64,000 nucleotides of DNA, taken from positions 704,001 to 768,000 of the forward strand of contig OY968764.1 in the NCBI GenBank assembly GCA_963695335.1, written 5' to 3'. A program made the translations under genes and the position numbers. The notes beneath the pieces are model-generated. The model was given only the letters and a program-made list of their open reading frames with translations. It was not told the DNA's origin and did not search any database. Below, piece by piece: positions 31,490 to 39,811 of the stretch; the first letter of the stretch is position 1, and each line of letters starts with the position of its first letter. This DNA comes from an uncultured bacterium. Lineage in GTDB: Bacteria; Babelota; Babeliae; Babelales; Vermiphilaceae.

Positions 31490-33337
31490 ATGTGTACTGT
31501 AGTGGGGTATATTGGAAAATCTCTTTGTAGATCCTATATTTTTGAAGGGCTGGCCAGATTAGAATACCGCGGATATGATTCTGCGGGTTTTGCTTGTCTT
31601 GAACCTTCTTCTCAAAAAGTTCTTTATACAAAAGCCTCTGGTCAACTTTCTCAATTAGCAGAACGTCTGCAACAAAATCCTATAGATGGCTATTTAGGTA
31701 TTGGCCACACTCGTTGGTCAACACATGGCGATTTTTCTGAGCGCAATGCTCATCCTCATTTTGACTGTTCCAAAACTATTTCCGTTGTACACAATGGTAT
31801 TATCGAAAATTATGATGAACTGAAAAAGCAGTTGCTTGTAGCAGGCCATATTTTTGAATCTGACACAGATACAGAAGTTGTCAGCCATCTTTTTGAATCT
31901 TTCTTAGCTACTAAAGAGTTTAATGCTCAAACTGTTTCTGAACTTGTGCAGATGCTTGATGGAATGTATGCATGTATTATTATGATGCAGCAGTTTCCTG
32001 ATACACTTGTTGCCATTCGCAAAAAATCACCGTTGTGTGTGGGGGTTGGCGATGGAGAGATGTTTATAGCTTCCGATGTGATTGCATTTGCAGGTAAAAC
32101 GGATAATGTTTTCTTCTTGCCCGATGAAAGCTTTGCGTTTGTTGATAAACATGGCATTAAAGCATATAATTTTGCTGGTCAAGAAATTCCTGTCACCATA
32201 GAAAAAACAAATGTCTCTTTTGATAACATTGATAAAGGTGGTCATGAACATTTTATGCTCAAAGAGATTTATGAACAAAAAAATGCGATTGCAAAAACTG
32301 TTGCAGGGTTGCGATCTTTAGGTTCCTCTTTATGGGATCAACTTGGCACAACCGCCACAAAAATAGAAAATCTTAAAGGCATATCATTATTAGCATGCGG
32401 AACATCATGGCATGCAGCGCGCATAGCGCAATTTTTTTTTGAATCAATCAGTAACATTCCTGTTTCTGTTCACCTTGCCTCCGAGTTTAGGCACCAGGTG
32501 TTTTTCCCTGAGCAAGATACGTTGTATATTTTTATTTCACAGTCTGGTGAAACCGCCGATGTTCTTGAAGCATTACGATTAATTAATGAATATGATCTAT
32601 TAACTGTTGCTCTGACGAATGTTGCAACAAGTACCGTTGTGCGAGAAGCAAAAGGGTATTTGCAAACGCATGCAGGGCCAGAGATTGCAGTTGCATCTAC
32701 CAAAGCATTTTCTACGCAGCTTGCAGCACTGTATTGGTTGGCGCATCGCATTGCGCTTGAAAAGAAGGTGATTGAAGTTGCAACATTGTCTCAGGCTGAG
32801 CAAGATTTATTGCATGCAGCAGATTTGATGGAAAAAAATCTAGAAAAATATCGAGATGTGATTGATACCACATATGCTCCTTTGTATGCGCAGCATAATA
32901 AAGCGATGTTTTTGGGCAGATATATGAGTTATCCACTTGCAATGGAAAGTGCATTAAAAATAAAAGAAGTGGCGTATGTATTTGCAGCGAGTTACCCTGC
33001 AGGCGAACTGAAACATGGTTCTCTTGCTCTTGTTGATGACACTGTTCCTGTCTATGTTTTTTCTTATCCAGATCCAACAATTTATCAAAAGTTTGTTTCT
33101 AACGTGCATGAAGTTAAAGCACGTGGTGGGCATGTGATTGCATTTGCGTATGAAGGGCAGCATGAGTTGTGTGAATTGGCCGAAACGGCATTTGTTATTT
33201 CTGGTGAATTTCCACCATTGCTTGGTGTATTGGTAACACTCGGCGTGATGCAATATTTTGTGTACGCGGTCGCTCGCGAGCGTGGATGCCCGATCGATAA
33301 ACCGCGTAATTTAGCAAAATCCGTGACGGTTGAATAG
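31490..33337 (+). CDS. glmS: Glutamine--fructose-6-phosphate aminotransferase
   Basis: MC start at 31490, LEYRGYDSAG, GHTRW, HNGIIEN, SQSGET, PRNLAKSVTVE. Confidence 0.97.
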   Translation: MCTVVGYIGKSLCRSYIFEGLARLEYRGYDSAGFACLEPSSQKVLYTKASGQLSQLAERLQQNPIDGYLGIGHTRWSTHGDFSERNAHPHFDCSKTISVVHNGIIENYDELKKQLLVAGHIFESDTDTEVVSHLFESFLATKEFNAQTVSELVQMLDGMYACIIMMQQFPDTLVAIRKKSPLCVGVGDGEMFIASDVIAFAGKTDNVFFLPDESFAFVDKHGIKAYNFAGQEIPVTIEKTNVSFDNIDKGGHEHFMLKEIYEQKNAIAKTVAGLRSLGSSLWDQLGTTATKIENLKGISLLACGTSWHAARIAQFFFESISNIPVSVHLASEFRHQVFFPEQDTLYIFISQSGETADVLEALRLINEYDLLTVALTNVATSTVVREAKGYLQTHAGPEIAVASTKAFSTQLAALYWLAHRIALEKKVIEVATLSQAEQDLLHAADLMEKNLEKYRDVIDTTYAPLYAQHNKAMFLGRYMSYPLAMESALKIKEVAYVFAASYPAGELKHGSLALVDDTVPVYVFSYPDPTIYQKFVSNVHEVKARGGHVIAFAYEGQHELCELAETAFVISGEFPPLLGVLVTLGVMQYFVYAVARERGCPIDKPRNLAKSVTVE

Positions 33338-33340
33338 AAA

Positions 33341-33697
33341 TTACTCTTTATATGTGAGTTGTATATTGTACTTTTCTCTAAGAGATTTCTCCAGTGAGTC
33401 TAGTTTATTGTTTCGGATTCCATTATTCTGAATCTCTTTGCAAAGAGATAAATAATTTTGCATAATAATAGCACGTAACAATTCATTATTTTCTTTGAGT
33501 AAATTGTTATTTTGTTCGTTTTGTTGGATGATTTTGTGGAGTAATTCATTGTTGTTATACATTGGTGTGTTTGTGTAAAAAGATCTTATTCTTTTAATTT
33601 GTTTTATTGAAGATGCTTTGGTTAACATAGCAAGTGAGTTGTTGGTAATGGTGAGTGCGCATGCAGTTGTAACTAAAAGTGCTGTTGACTTTTTCAC
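33341..33697 (-). CDS. Small secreted coiled-coil protein with presequence-like segment (array member 1)
   Basis: SLA|MLTKASSIKQIKRIRSFYT; ENNELLRAIIMQN core. Confidence 0.75.
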   Translation of the reverse strand: MKKSTALLVTTACALTITNNSLAMLTKASSIKQIKRIRSFYTNTPMYNNNELLHKIIQQNEQNNNLLKENNELLRAIIMQNYLSLCKEIQNNGIRNNKLDSLEKSLREKYNIQLTYKE

Positions 33698-33737
33698 AGA
33701 ATATCCTTTTGTTTAATTGTTTTTTGTTTGGCATAGT

Positions 33738-33764
33738 CTAGCAAAATCAGTTACGGTTGAATAG
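33738..33764 (+). repeat. Copy of the glmS 3' end (LAKSVTVE-stop)
   Basis: ctagcaaaatcagttacggttgaatag versus glmS ttagcaaaatccgtgacggttgaatag. Confidence 0.9.
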
Positions 33765-33830
33765 AAAATTATTTTTTTAACGTGGGTTCGACTTAAGTAA
33801 AATATTATACGTTTTAATGAATTATTCCTC

Positions 33831-34053
33831 CGCGCTCGCCCTGAACTTGTTGAAGGGTATCTTTGAGCGCACTTCTAATAACAATAGAAAAACAACAAAG
33901 TTTCTATTCTTTAGTGATGATTAAAAAAGAAAAATATTTTTTATTAAAAAAAGAAACCGCGCTCAAAGATATCCTTTTACCCCAATTTCCATTTCATTCC
34001 AATCGGGGACCCCGTCGGAAGGAACTGAAGATGGGGAGTTGCTGACGAGCGCG
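33831..34053. repeat. Inverted REP family A pair with a nested family C palindrome
   Basis: 33831-33870 and 33958-34053; accccaat...ggggacccc at 33979-34013. Confidence 0.75.
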
Positions 34054-34102
34054 TAAGATCAAATAATTTTTTAACTTTTCTTAGATTGAACTCACGTTTT
34101 TT

Positions 34103-34483
34103 TTATGACAATAAGGCGTTTTTATATTGCTGTAATTCTAGCAGCCTTTGCGCAAGAGCCGTCATTTCATGCTCTTCTAAGGCATATTCCATTTGCGTTC
34201 TTGGTTTGTTAGACCATTTTTCAATTTGATCAAGAACTTTATTTTGTTCAGTTATGCATCCCATGAGTAGCGTATTCTGTTTTTCTAAGATACTGTTTTT
34301 TGCTTTGATTGTATGACGATCCATGACTACTTGTACTCGTTGCATTGCTGCCAGTTCTTTGTTGTGCGTAGAAAATGAACGTATTTTTTTTGGACATAAA
34401 GCTTGTTTGATGAGCATTCCGGATGCATTGTTGATTGTTAATGCGCATGCAGTGCTGAGTAAAAGTGTGTTTATTTTTTTCAT
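34103..34483 (-). CDS. Small secreted coiled-coil protein with presequence-like segment (array member 2)
   Basis: ASG|MLIKQALCPKKIRSFST. Confidence 0.75.
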   Translation of the reverse strand: MKKINTLLLSTACALTINNASGMLIKQALCPKKIRSFSTHNKELAAMQRVQVVMDRHTIKAKNSILEKQNTLLMGCITEQNKVLDQIEKWSNKPRTQMEYALEEHEMTALAQRLLELQQYKNALLS

Positions 34484-34525
34484 GAAATGTCTTTCTCTTT
34501 TTATTGTTTTTTTGTTTGGCGTAGC

Positions 34526-34552
34526 TTAGCAAAATCAGTCACGGTTGAATAG
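34526..34552 (+). repeat. Second copy of the glmS 3' end
   Basis: ttagcaaaatcagtcacggttgaatag. Confidence 0.9.
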
Positions 34553-34556
34553 GAAT

Positions 34557-34943
34557 TTATTCCTTGGTATTAATTTTGAGGTTATATTGTTTTTCGAGTT
34601 TTTGATGCAAAGTGTTCAATGTTACATAATGATTAGCAGTTGGCATTTTAGACAAGCAATTGTGCAGGATCGAAAAGTATAGAACATTTTGTTGAAGTAG
34701 AGCGCGTAGCAATGCATTATTCTCTTTATTTTGTTCAATAATTTCGCGTAATAAATCCCTGTTATCTTTTGTTGAAATGTTAAGATCACTCTTTTGAAAT
34801 ATAAGGGGATGATCATGAGAGCTTGTTTTTGTACAGAAAGATCTTAGTTTTTTTATGTGGAAAGATTTTGTGGTTAACATACCACATGAGTTGCTGGTGA
34901 TAGCAAGTGTGCATGTCAGCAATAATTCTTTATTTATCTTCAT
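34557..34943 (-). CDS. Small secreted coiled-coil protein with presequence-like segment (array member 3)
   Basis: SCG|MLTTKSFHIKKLRSFCT; ENNALLRALLQQN. Confidence 0.75.
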   Translation of the reverse strand: MKINKELLLTCTLAITSNSCGMLTTKSFHIKKLRSFCTKTSSHDHPLIFQKSDLNISTKDNRDLLREIIEQNKENNALLRALLQQNVLYFSILHNCLSKMPTANHYVTLNTLHQKLEKQYNLKINTKE

Positions 34944-35308
34944 CTGAGATACTCCAAAGAAAGATCGTTGAGTCTTTCGGCCATATACGTTTCTTTTATT
35001 TTTGATGCGATTTTATATTTGTTTTCAAGTTTGTCTTTTTCAGAACATGAATAAGCAATTGCTCTTGGAGAACAAAGTTCAGTATGAAGATTTTGGTGTA
35101 GGTGGTTTAAGTAATTTTGTTGTATTATAACTCTATTTTGGCGTTTAATGTCACGTAATAATTTGTTATTTTCTTGCAATTCAGCTACAACGTCAAAAGA
35201 GACTGAATCATAATCAATTACATTTTGATCAGTCTCTTTTTTCATGGTAAATGAGTTGCTGGTAATGGTAAGTGCGCAGGTGAGTAAAAGTGCTGTTGTT
35301 TTTTTCAT
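34940..35308 (-). CDS. Small secreted coiled-coil protein, acidic mature N-terminus (member 4)
   Basis: SFT|MKKETD; QENNKLLRDIKRQN. Confidence 0.75.
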   Translation of the reverse strand: MKKTTALLLTCALTITSNSFTMKKETDQNVIDYDSVSFDVVAELQENNKLLRDIKRQNRVIIQQNYLNHLHQNLHTELCSPRAIAYSCSEKDKLENKYKIASKIKETYMAERLNDLSLEYLR

Positions 35309-35664
35309 ATCTTATCGTATTTTGTTTCGTCTTCGTACAGTTTTCTCATCATATCTCGATATGTGAATTCTGCTTTTTTTTCTGATTTTCCGTAAGCGAG
35401 GCTTCTGTGGGTTTCAACAAGGATTATTTCATGCTCAAAGCTTATATGGTTTTGACTTATAATAACTTTATTTTGGCGTTGGATATCTTTTAATAGTTTG
35501 TTGTTTTCTTGTAATAACGCGTTATTTTTTTCTTGTAATTGTCGTTTTTCGATTTTCTCCAGTTTTCTATTTTGCTTGGATATTGTTTCTTCGTGTTCCA
35601 TGCCACATGAGTTGTTGGTAATGGCAAGTGTGCATGTGAGTAAAGCTGCTGTTATTTTCTTCAT
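35305..35664 (-). CDS. Small secreted coiled-coil protein, acidic mature N-terminus (member 5)
   Basis: SCG|MEHEE; QENNKLLKDIQRQN; likely start MKKIT. Confidence 0.75.
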   Translation of the reverse strand: MKKITAALLTCTLAITNNSCGMEHEETISKQNRKLEKIEKRQLQEKNNALLQENNKLLKDIQRQNKVIISQNHISFEHEIILVETHRSLAYGKSEKKAEFTYRDMMRKLYEDETKYDKI

Positions 35665-35675
35665 AATTATCCTTT

Positions 35676-36077
35676 TCATTCTGATAACAAAATAGATGGT
35701 GTGTGTGTTATTTGATCAATCATCAATTGTGCTTCTGAATAATTGAGAAAATCTCTATTAAGAAGTTCATTGCCGTTGATGACATTAGTAGCATGATTTT
35801 GTTGTGCTTGTAACCTATTTATACTGTTTTGAATACGCAATTTTTCCAATTCAAGGTCACAAATTATCGCATCATTTCTATCATTAAGATCAGCCAATAA
35901 TTTTTTCTGTTCATGTTTTGTTGCTTTTTTAGAGTTGAATATATTTTTGGTGGGCAAGTGATAAGGTTTTATGTTTATTTGCTTTGTTGTGGATAACATT
36001 GTTTTGGGTAACATGCTTAATGAGTTGCCAGGAATAAACAGTGCACTTGTAAGTAAAACTATTATTATTGTTTTCAT
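35676..36077 (-). CDS. Small secreted protein, basic mature N-terminus (member 6)
   Basis: SLS|MLPKTMLSTTKQINIKPYH... Confidence 0.7.
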   Translation of the reverse strand: MKTIIIVLLTSALFIPGNSLSMLPKTMLSTTKQINIKPYHLPTKNIFNSKKATKHEQKKLLADLNDRNDAIICDLELEKLRIQNSINRLQAQQNHATNVINGNELLNRDFLNYSEAQLMIDQITHTPSILLSE

Positions 36078-36523
36078 ATAATAGAGTCTTCTGTTTTACT
36101 GCTTTTTTTTGTTTGAGAGGTTTTTGGCTTTGTTTGACTTGTCATTGGAATATGAAGCGTTTCATCATCCAATTGTTTATTGTGTGATTTGTATATTTGT
36201 TCGAAGGTTACTAGAGCATCTTTAGCGTGTTGGTCTTTAGATTTTCTAGGGTCATTTTTCATGCTATCTTGATATTCGATATTTGCTTTGTTTTGCATGA
36301 GCATGGTATGCAATAAGACATTAGTTTTATTTACTGCTTTAAGGTTTTGTTCTAACAACTCATCTGTTGGATTATTGTTGCTTGATTTTCTACTGATGGT
36401 ACTGCTCGATTCTGATGTATTATTTGTGGTGAGATTAAGACATTCTTCTATATCCATTTCCATGCCTTGGATATGGTTGAAGATGAATAGAGTGGTAAGT
36501 AAAAAGAGCGTTGTTTTTTTCAT
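36074..36523 (-). CDS. Small secreted protein, acidic mature N-terminus (member 7)
   Basis: IQG|MEMDIEE; TNVLLHTMLMQN; likely start MKKTT. Confidence 0.7.
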   Translation of the reverse strand: MKKTTLFLLTTLFIFNHIQGMEMDIEECLNLTTNNTSESSSTISRKSSNNNPTDELLEQNLKAVNKTNVLLHTMLMQNKANIEYQDSMKNDPRKSKDQHAKDALVTFEQIYKSHNKQLDDETLHIPMTSQTKPKTSQTKKSSKTEDSII

Positions 36524-36609
36524 TACCAGACCTTTTTTTATTTTTTTATCAATCATTACATGAAATTATATTTTGTTCAAATACTGTATTTTGACCAAAA
36601 TTAAACTGA

Positions 36610-36667
36610 ATTTATATTGAATTTTAACCAAAAATATGTCATATTTATATTGAATTTCAACCAAAAA
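36610..36667. repeat. Two 25-bp direct repeats with 33-bp period
   Basis: atttatattgaattt[t/c]aaccaaaaa at 36610 and 36643. Confidence 0.85.
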
Positions 36668-36669
36668 AC

Positions 36670-38031
36670 ATGAGGATGTATGGAATGAAACGTATTATTG
36701 ATTACTATTTACATAGCTGGAAATACGATCTCCTTCGTAAGCCGTTATTGTTGCGCGGCGCCCGTCAGGTTGGCAAGACGCATGCAGCACGCATTTTGGG
36801 TAAAACATTTCCTGATTTTTTTGAAATTAACTTAGAAAGTCAACCAGCAGCGCATATTATTTTTGAAAAAGATCTGCAACCAGATAGGATCATCAGAGAG
36901 TTATCAGCATTTATGCAAAAACCAATTGTTCCTGGTAAAACATTATTATTTATTGATGAAATTCAAGCTGTTCCGCGGGCCATTTTGGCGCTGCGGTATT
37001 TTTATGAGCAAATGCCAGAATTGCATGTTATTGCCGCAGGATCGTTACTTGATTTTGCTATTGAAGAAGTTGGTATTCCTGTAGGGCGTGTTGAAAGTTT
37101 GTATATGCACCCAGTTTCATTTATTGAATTTTTATGTGCAACATCATCAGATATTTTGGTAGGAGCTTTATTTAAACATGTGAACACCAATCCAATCAGT
37201 GATATTGTACATCAACAACTGTTACAAGTTCTTGGTGAATATCTTGCCATTGGAGGGATGCCAGAAGCGGTGAAATGTTGGCAAGAAACAAAAGATGTAT
37301 TGAAATGTCCAAAAATTCATAAATCTATTCTATCTACCTATCGTCAAGATTTTGGCAAGTATACAAGAAAGCTGCAGGTAAAATATGTTGAACTTATTTT
37401 TCAATATATTCCGATGCAGCTTGGTCAAAAATTTAAATATACGGTTATAGAAGGTGAGTTTAGAAAACGTGAGCTTGCGCCAGCATTAGATCTTTTAGTA
37501 ACTGCAGGTGTTGCACAAAAAGTATATCATTCTGCTGGACAAGGAATTCCATTAGATGCGCAAGTTGATCCTCTTGATTATAAAGTTATTTTTCTTGATG
37601 TAGCACTTTCGCAACAAATGCTTGGATTGCAAACGTCTGGTTGGTACATAGACTCTTTAACTGAATTTGTGAATAAAGGGTCGTTGATTGAATCTTTTGT
37701 TGGGCAGGAAATATTGACCTATATGGACCCTTCAAGTTATCCAGCGCTGTATTACTGGCATAAGGAAACACGGGGCAGCAACGCTGAGATTGATTATTTA
37801 GTTCAACAAGAGGGGTATGTTGTACCGATCGAAGTAAAAAGTGGCGAAGGTCGTACATTAAAAAGTATGCAAACATTTCTTGAGTCGCATACCAAATCTT
37901 CATATGGCATTCGATTTTCCATACAAAATTATTCTGAATATAATAATGTGCGTTCTTATCCATTGTATGCAGTGTTTCAATTGGGTATGTGGGATAATGA
38001 ATTGCGTAAAGCGATTGAATTCCTTGTATAA
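36670..38031 (+). CDS. AAA_14/DUF4143-type ATPase with C-terminal PD-(D/E)xK-like motif
   Basis: GARQVGKT, FIDEIQ, AAGSL, GGMPE, EIDY...PIEVKS. Confidence 0.88.
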   Translation: MRMYGMKRIIDYYLHSWKYDLLRKPLLLRGARQVGKTHAARILGKTFPDFFEINLESQPAAHIIFEKDLQPDRIIRELSAFMQKPIVPGKTLLFIDEIQAVPRAILALRYFYEQMPELHVIAAGSLLDFAIEEVGIPVGRVESLYMHPVSFIEFLCATSSDILVGALFKHVNTNPISDIVHQQLLQVLGEYLAIGGMPEAVKCWQETKDVLKCPKIHKSILSTYRQDFGKYTRKLQVKYVELIFQYIPMQLGQKFKYTVIEGEFRKRELAPALDLLVTAGVAQKVYHSAGQGIPLDAQVDPLDYKVIFLDVALSQQMLGLQTSGWYIDSLTEFVNKGSLIESFVGQEILTYMDPSSYPALYYWHKETRGSNAEIDYLVQQEGYVVPIEVKSGEGRTLKSMQTFLESHTKSSYGIRFSIQNYSEYNNVRSYPLYAVFQLGMWDNELRKAIEFLV

Positions 38032-38080
38032 AATCAAATTTTTAAGATTCTTGAAAATAGGTGTTTTTTCTAATATCATG

Positions 38081-38113
38081 AGCTAAAGGTAACGCTACAT
38101 GTAACCTTTAGCT
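38081..38113. promoter_or_regulatory. Inverted repeat, probable AbiEi operator
   Basis: agctaaaggtaac-7-gtaacctttagct directly upstream of the antitoxin gene. Confidence 0.65.
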
Positions 38114-38129
38114 TACAATTGGAGAAAAA

Positions 38130-38717
38130 ATGGAAAAAAACGTTCTTTTGCAAATTTTCAAATCAAAATCGACTGTATTGTCTTTTAAAGAAATTTTGAT
38201 GGCAGCTGGCCCAATATCATCAGATCTTTTAAAGAGGCGTCTTCATTATTATGTGCAAAATGGAGAACTGTATGCAATTCGTAAAGGTTTTTATGCAAGG
38301 GATAAAAACTATGATCGGCGTGAATTTGCAACTAAATTATTTACTCCATCATATATTAGTTTTGAAACGGTTCTTGCTGAATCGGGTATAATTTTTCAAT
38401 ATTATTCTACTATTTTTGTGGCTACGTATCAGAGTAAAGATCTTGAGTGTGATGGTCAGGAATATTCATATAAAAAACTAAAAGATACCATTCTTGTTAA
38501 CACAACGGGTATTGAAAACAAGGGAGCTTATTTTATTGCTTCTCCTGAAAGAGCGTTTTTGGATGTGTTGTATCTGAATAAGAATTATTATTTTGATAAT
38601 TTGTCTGTGCTTAATTTTGATAAAATATTATCGATACTCCCTATTTATCATAATAAACGAATGGAAGAAGCTGTTTACGCACAATTGAAAGCTTTTAGAG
38701 AAGAGGAGTTGTCATGA
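38130..38717 (+). CDS. Type IV toxin-antitoxin antitoxin, AbiEi family
   Basis: IRKGFY, PSYISFETVL..G, ASPERAFLD.LY. Confidence 0.8.
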   Translation: MEKNVLLQIFKSKSTVLSFKEILMAAGPISSDLLKRRLHYYVQNGELYAIRKGFYARDKNYDRREFATKLFTPSYISFETVLAESGIIFQYYSTIFVATYQSKDLECDGQEYSYKKLKDTILVNTTGIENKGAYFIASPERAFLDVLYLNKNYYFDNLSVLNFDKILSILPIYHNKRMEEAVYAQLKAFREEELS

Positions 38718-39406
38718 CATTAGAAATAACAGCTCATAAAAATACCTTGCTGCATATTTTAAAAGATATTTATAGTGATGCAACGATGGCGCCGATCTTA
38801 GGTTTTAAGGGCGGAACTGCAGCATATCTCTTTTATGATTTACCTCGATTTTCAGTTGATTTAGATTTTGATATTTTGGATTCTCATCAAGAGGAATATG
38901 TCTTTGAGCAAATACAGAAAATTCTTGAACAATATGGCATAGTAAAAAAAGCACAGAAAAAAAGATTTAGTTTTTTCTTTTTACTTTCTTACGAAAATAA
39001 ACTTCACAATGCATATAACATTAAAGTTGAAATTAACCGTAGAAGTTTTGGATCAGAATATGAAATAAAATCATATCTTGGAATTCCTATGAAAGTTATG
39101 GTGAAACAAGATATGGCGGCACATAAATTAGTTGCTATGTTTGAACGTCTTGGTACAACTAACCGTGATATTTTTGATGTATGGTTTTTTTTGAAAAATA
39201 ATTGGCCAATTAATGAAAAAATTATTGAGTTACGAACAAACATGAGTATGAAGGAGTTTTTAAAGAAATGTATTATTGAGTTGGAAAAGATGAGTGATCG
39301 TGGCATTTTATCAGGATTGGGTGAATTGCTCGATGCGCAGCAAAAAGCGTGGGTTAAAAAACATTTGCGTGTGGAAACCATTTTTTTATTGAAGATGAAA
39401 TTGTAA
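38714..39406 (+). CDS. Type IV toxin-antitoxin toxin, AbiEii nucleotidyltransferase
   Basis: FKGGTA, RFSVDLDF, K..A...R..RDIFD; ATGA overlap with antitoxin. Confidence 0.88.
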   Translation: MTLEITAHKNTLLHILKDIYSDATMAPILGFKGGTAAYLFYDLPRFSVDLDFDILDSHQEEYVFEQIQKILEQYGIVKKAQKKRFSFFFLLSYENKLHNAYNIKVEINRRSFGSEYEIKSYLGIPMKVMVKQDMAAHKLVAMFERLGTTNRDIFDVWFFLKNNWPINEKIIELRTNMSMKEFLKKCIIELEKMSDRGILSGLGELLDAQQKAWVKKHLRVETIFLLKMKL

Positions 39407-39448
39407 GAAAAAGGCCAAAGTATCAGTTTATGACATTTTGGCCTTTTA

Positions 39449-39784
39449 TTATTCTTTATTCATATCACAATGTCCAAAATCTCTGTCTTTAGTTTTACCA
39501 GGCATTGCAGCGCGCTCGTCTGTTAAGTCTATGGTAACTCCAGAGAGAGATTCAAGTTTGCGTTCTAAGAATGCGTTTTCTTCTTTTAAACGTTTGTTCT
39601 CTTGCATAGTTTTGTGTAGCAATTTAGCTTGAGGAAATTCTGGAGGAAGTATTGAGTCGTAGCGTAATCGTTTTTGATTGTTTTTTTTGATGAGCTTTAG
39701 CGCAGATTTTTTTGTTGCAAGCATGCTGAATGCGGTTGTGCTGATTAAAGAGTTAAGAGCGCACAGAATTATTATTTTTTTCAT
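39449..39784 (-). CDS. Small secreted coiled-coil protein, basic mature N-terminus (outlying array relative)
   Basis: AFS|MLATKKSALKLIKKNNQKRLRY; QENKRLKEEN. Confidence 0.7.
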   Translation of the reverse strand: MKKIIILCALNSLISTTAFSMLATKKSALKLIKKNNQKRLRYDSILPPEFPQAKLLHKTMQENKRLKEENAFLERKLESLSGVTIDLTDERAAMPGKTKDRDFGHCDMNKE

Positions 39785-39811
39785 TACAGTTCATTTCTTT
39801 TTTTTGTGTGT

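Noticed and set aside
36588..36667. CRISPR array
   Set aside because: Only two full repeats with an 8-nt gap, and no cas genes
33311..39784. Intact Tn7-like transposon at glmS
   Set aside because: No tnsABCD/tniQ genes or Tn7 end repeats seen; only target-tail copies
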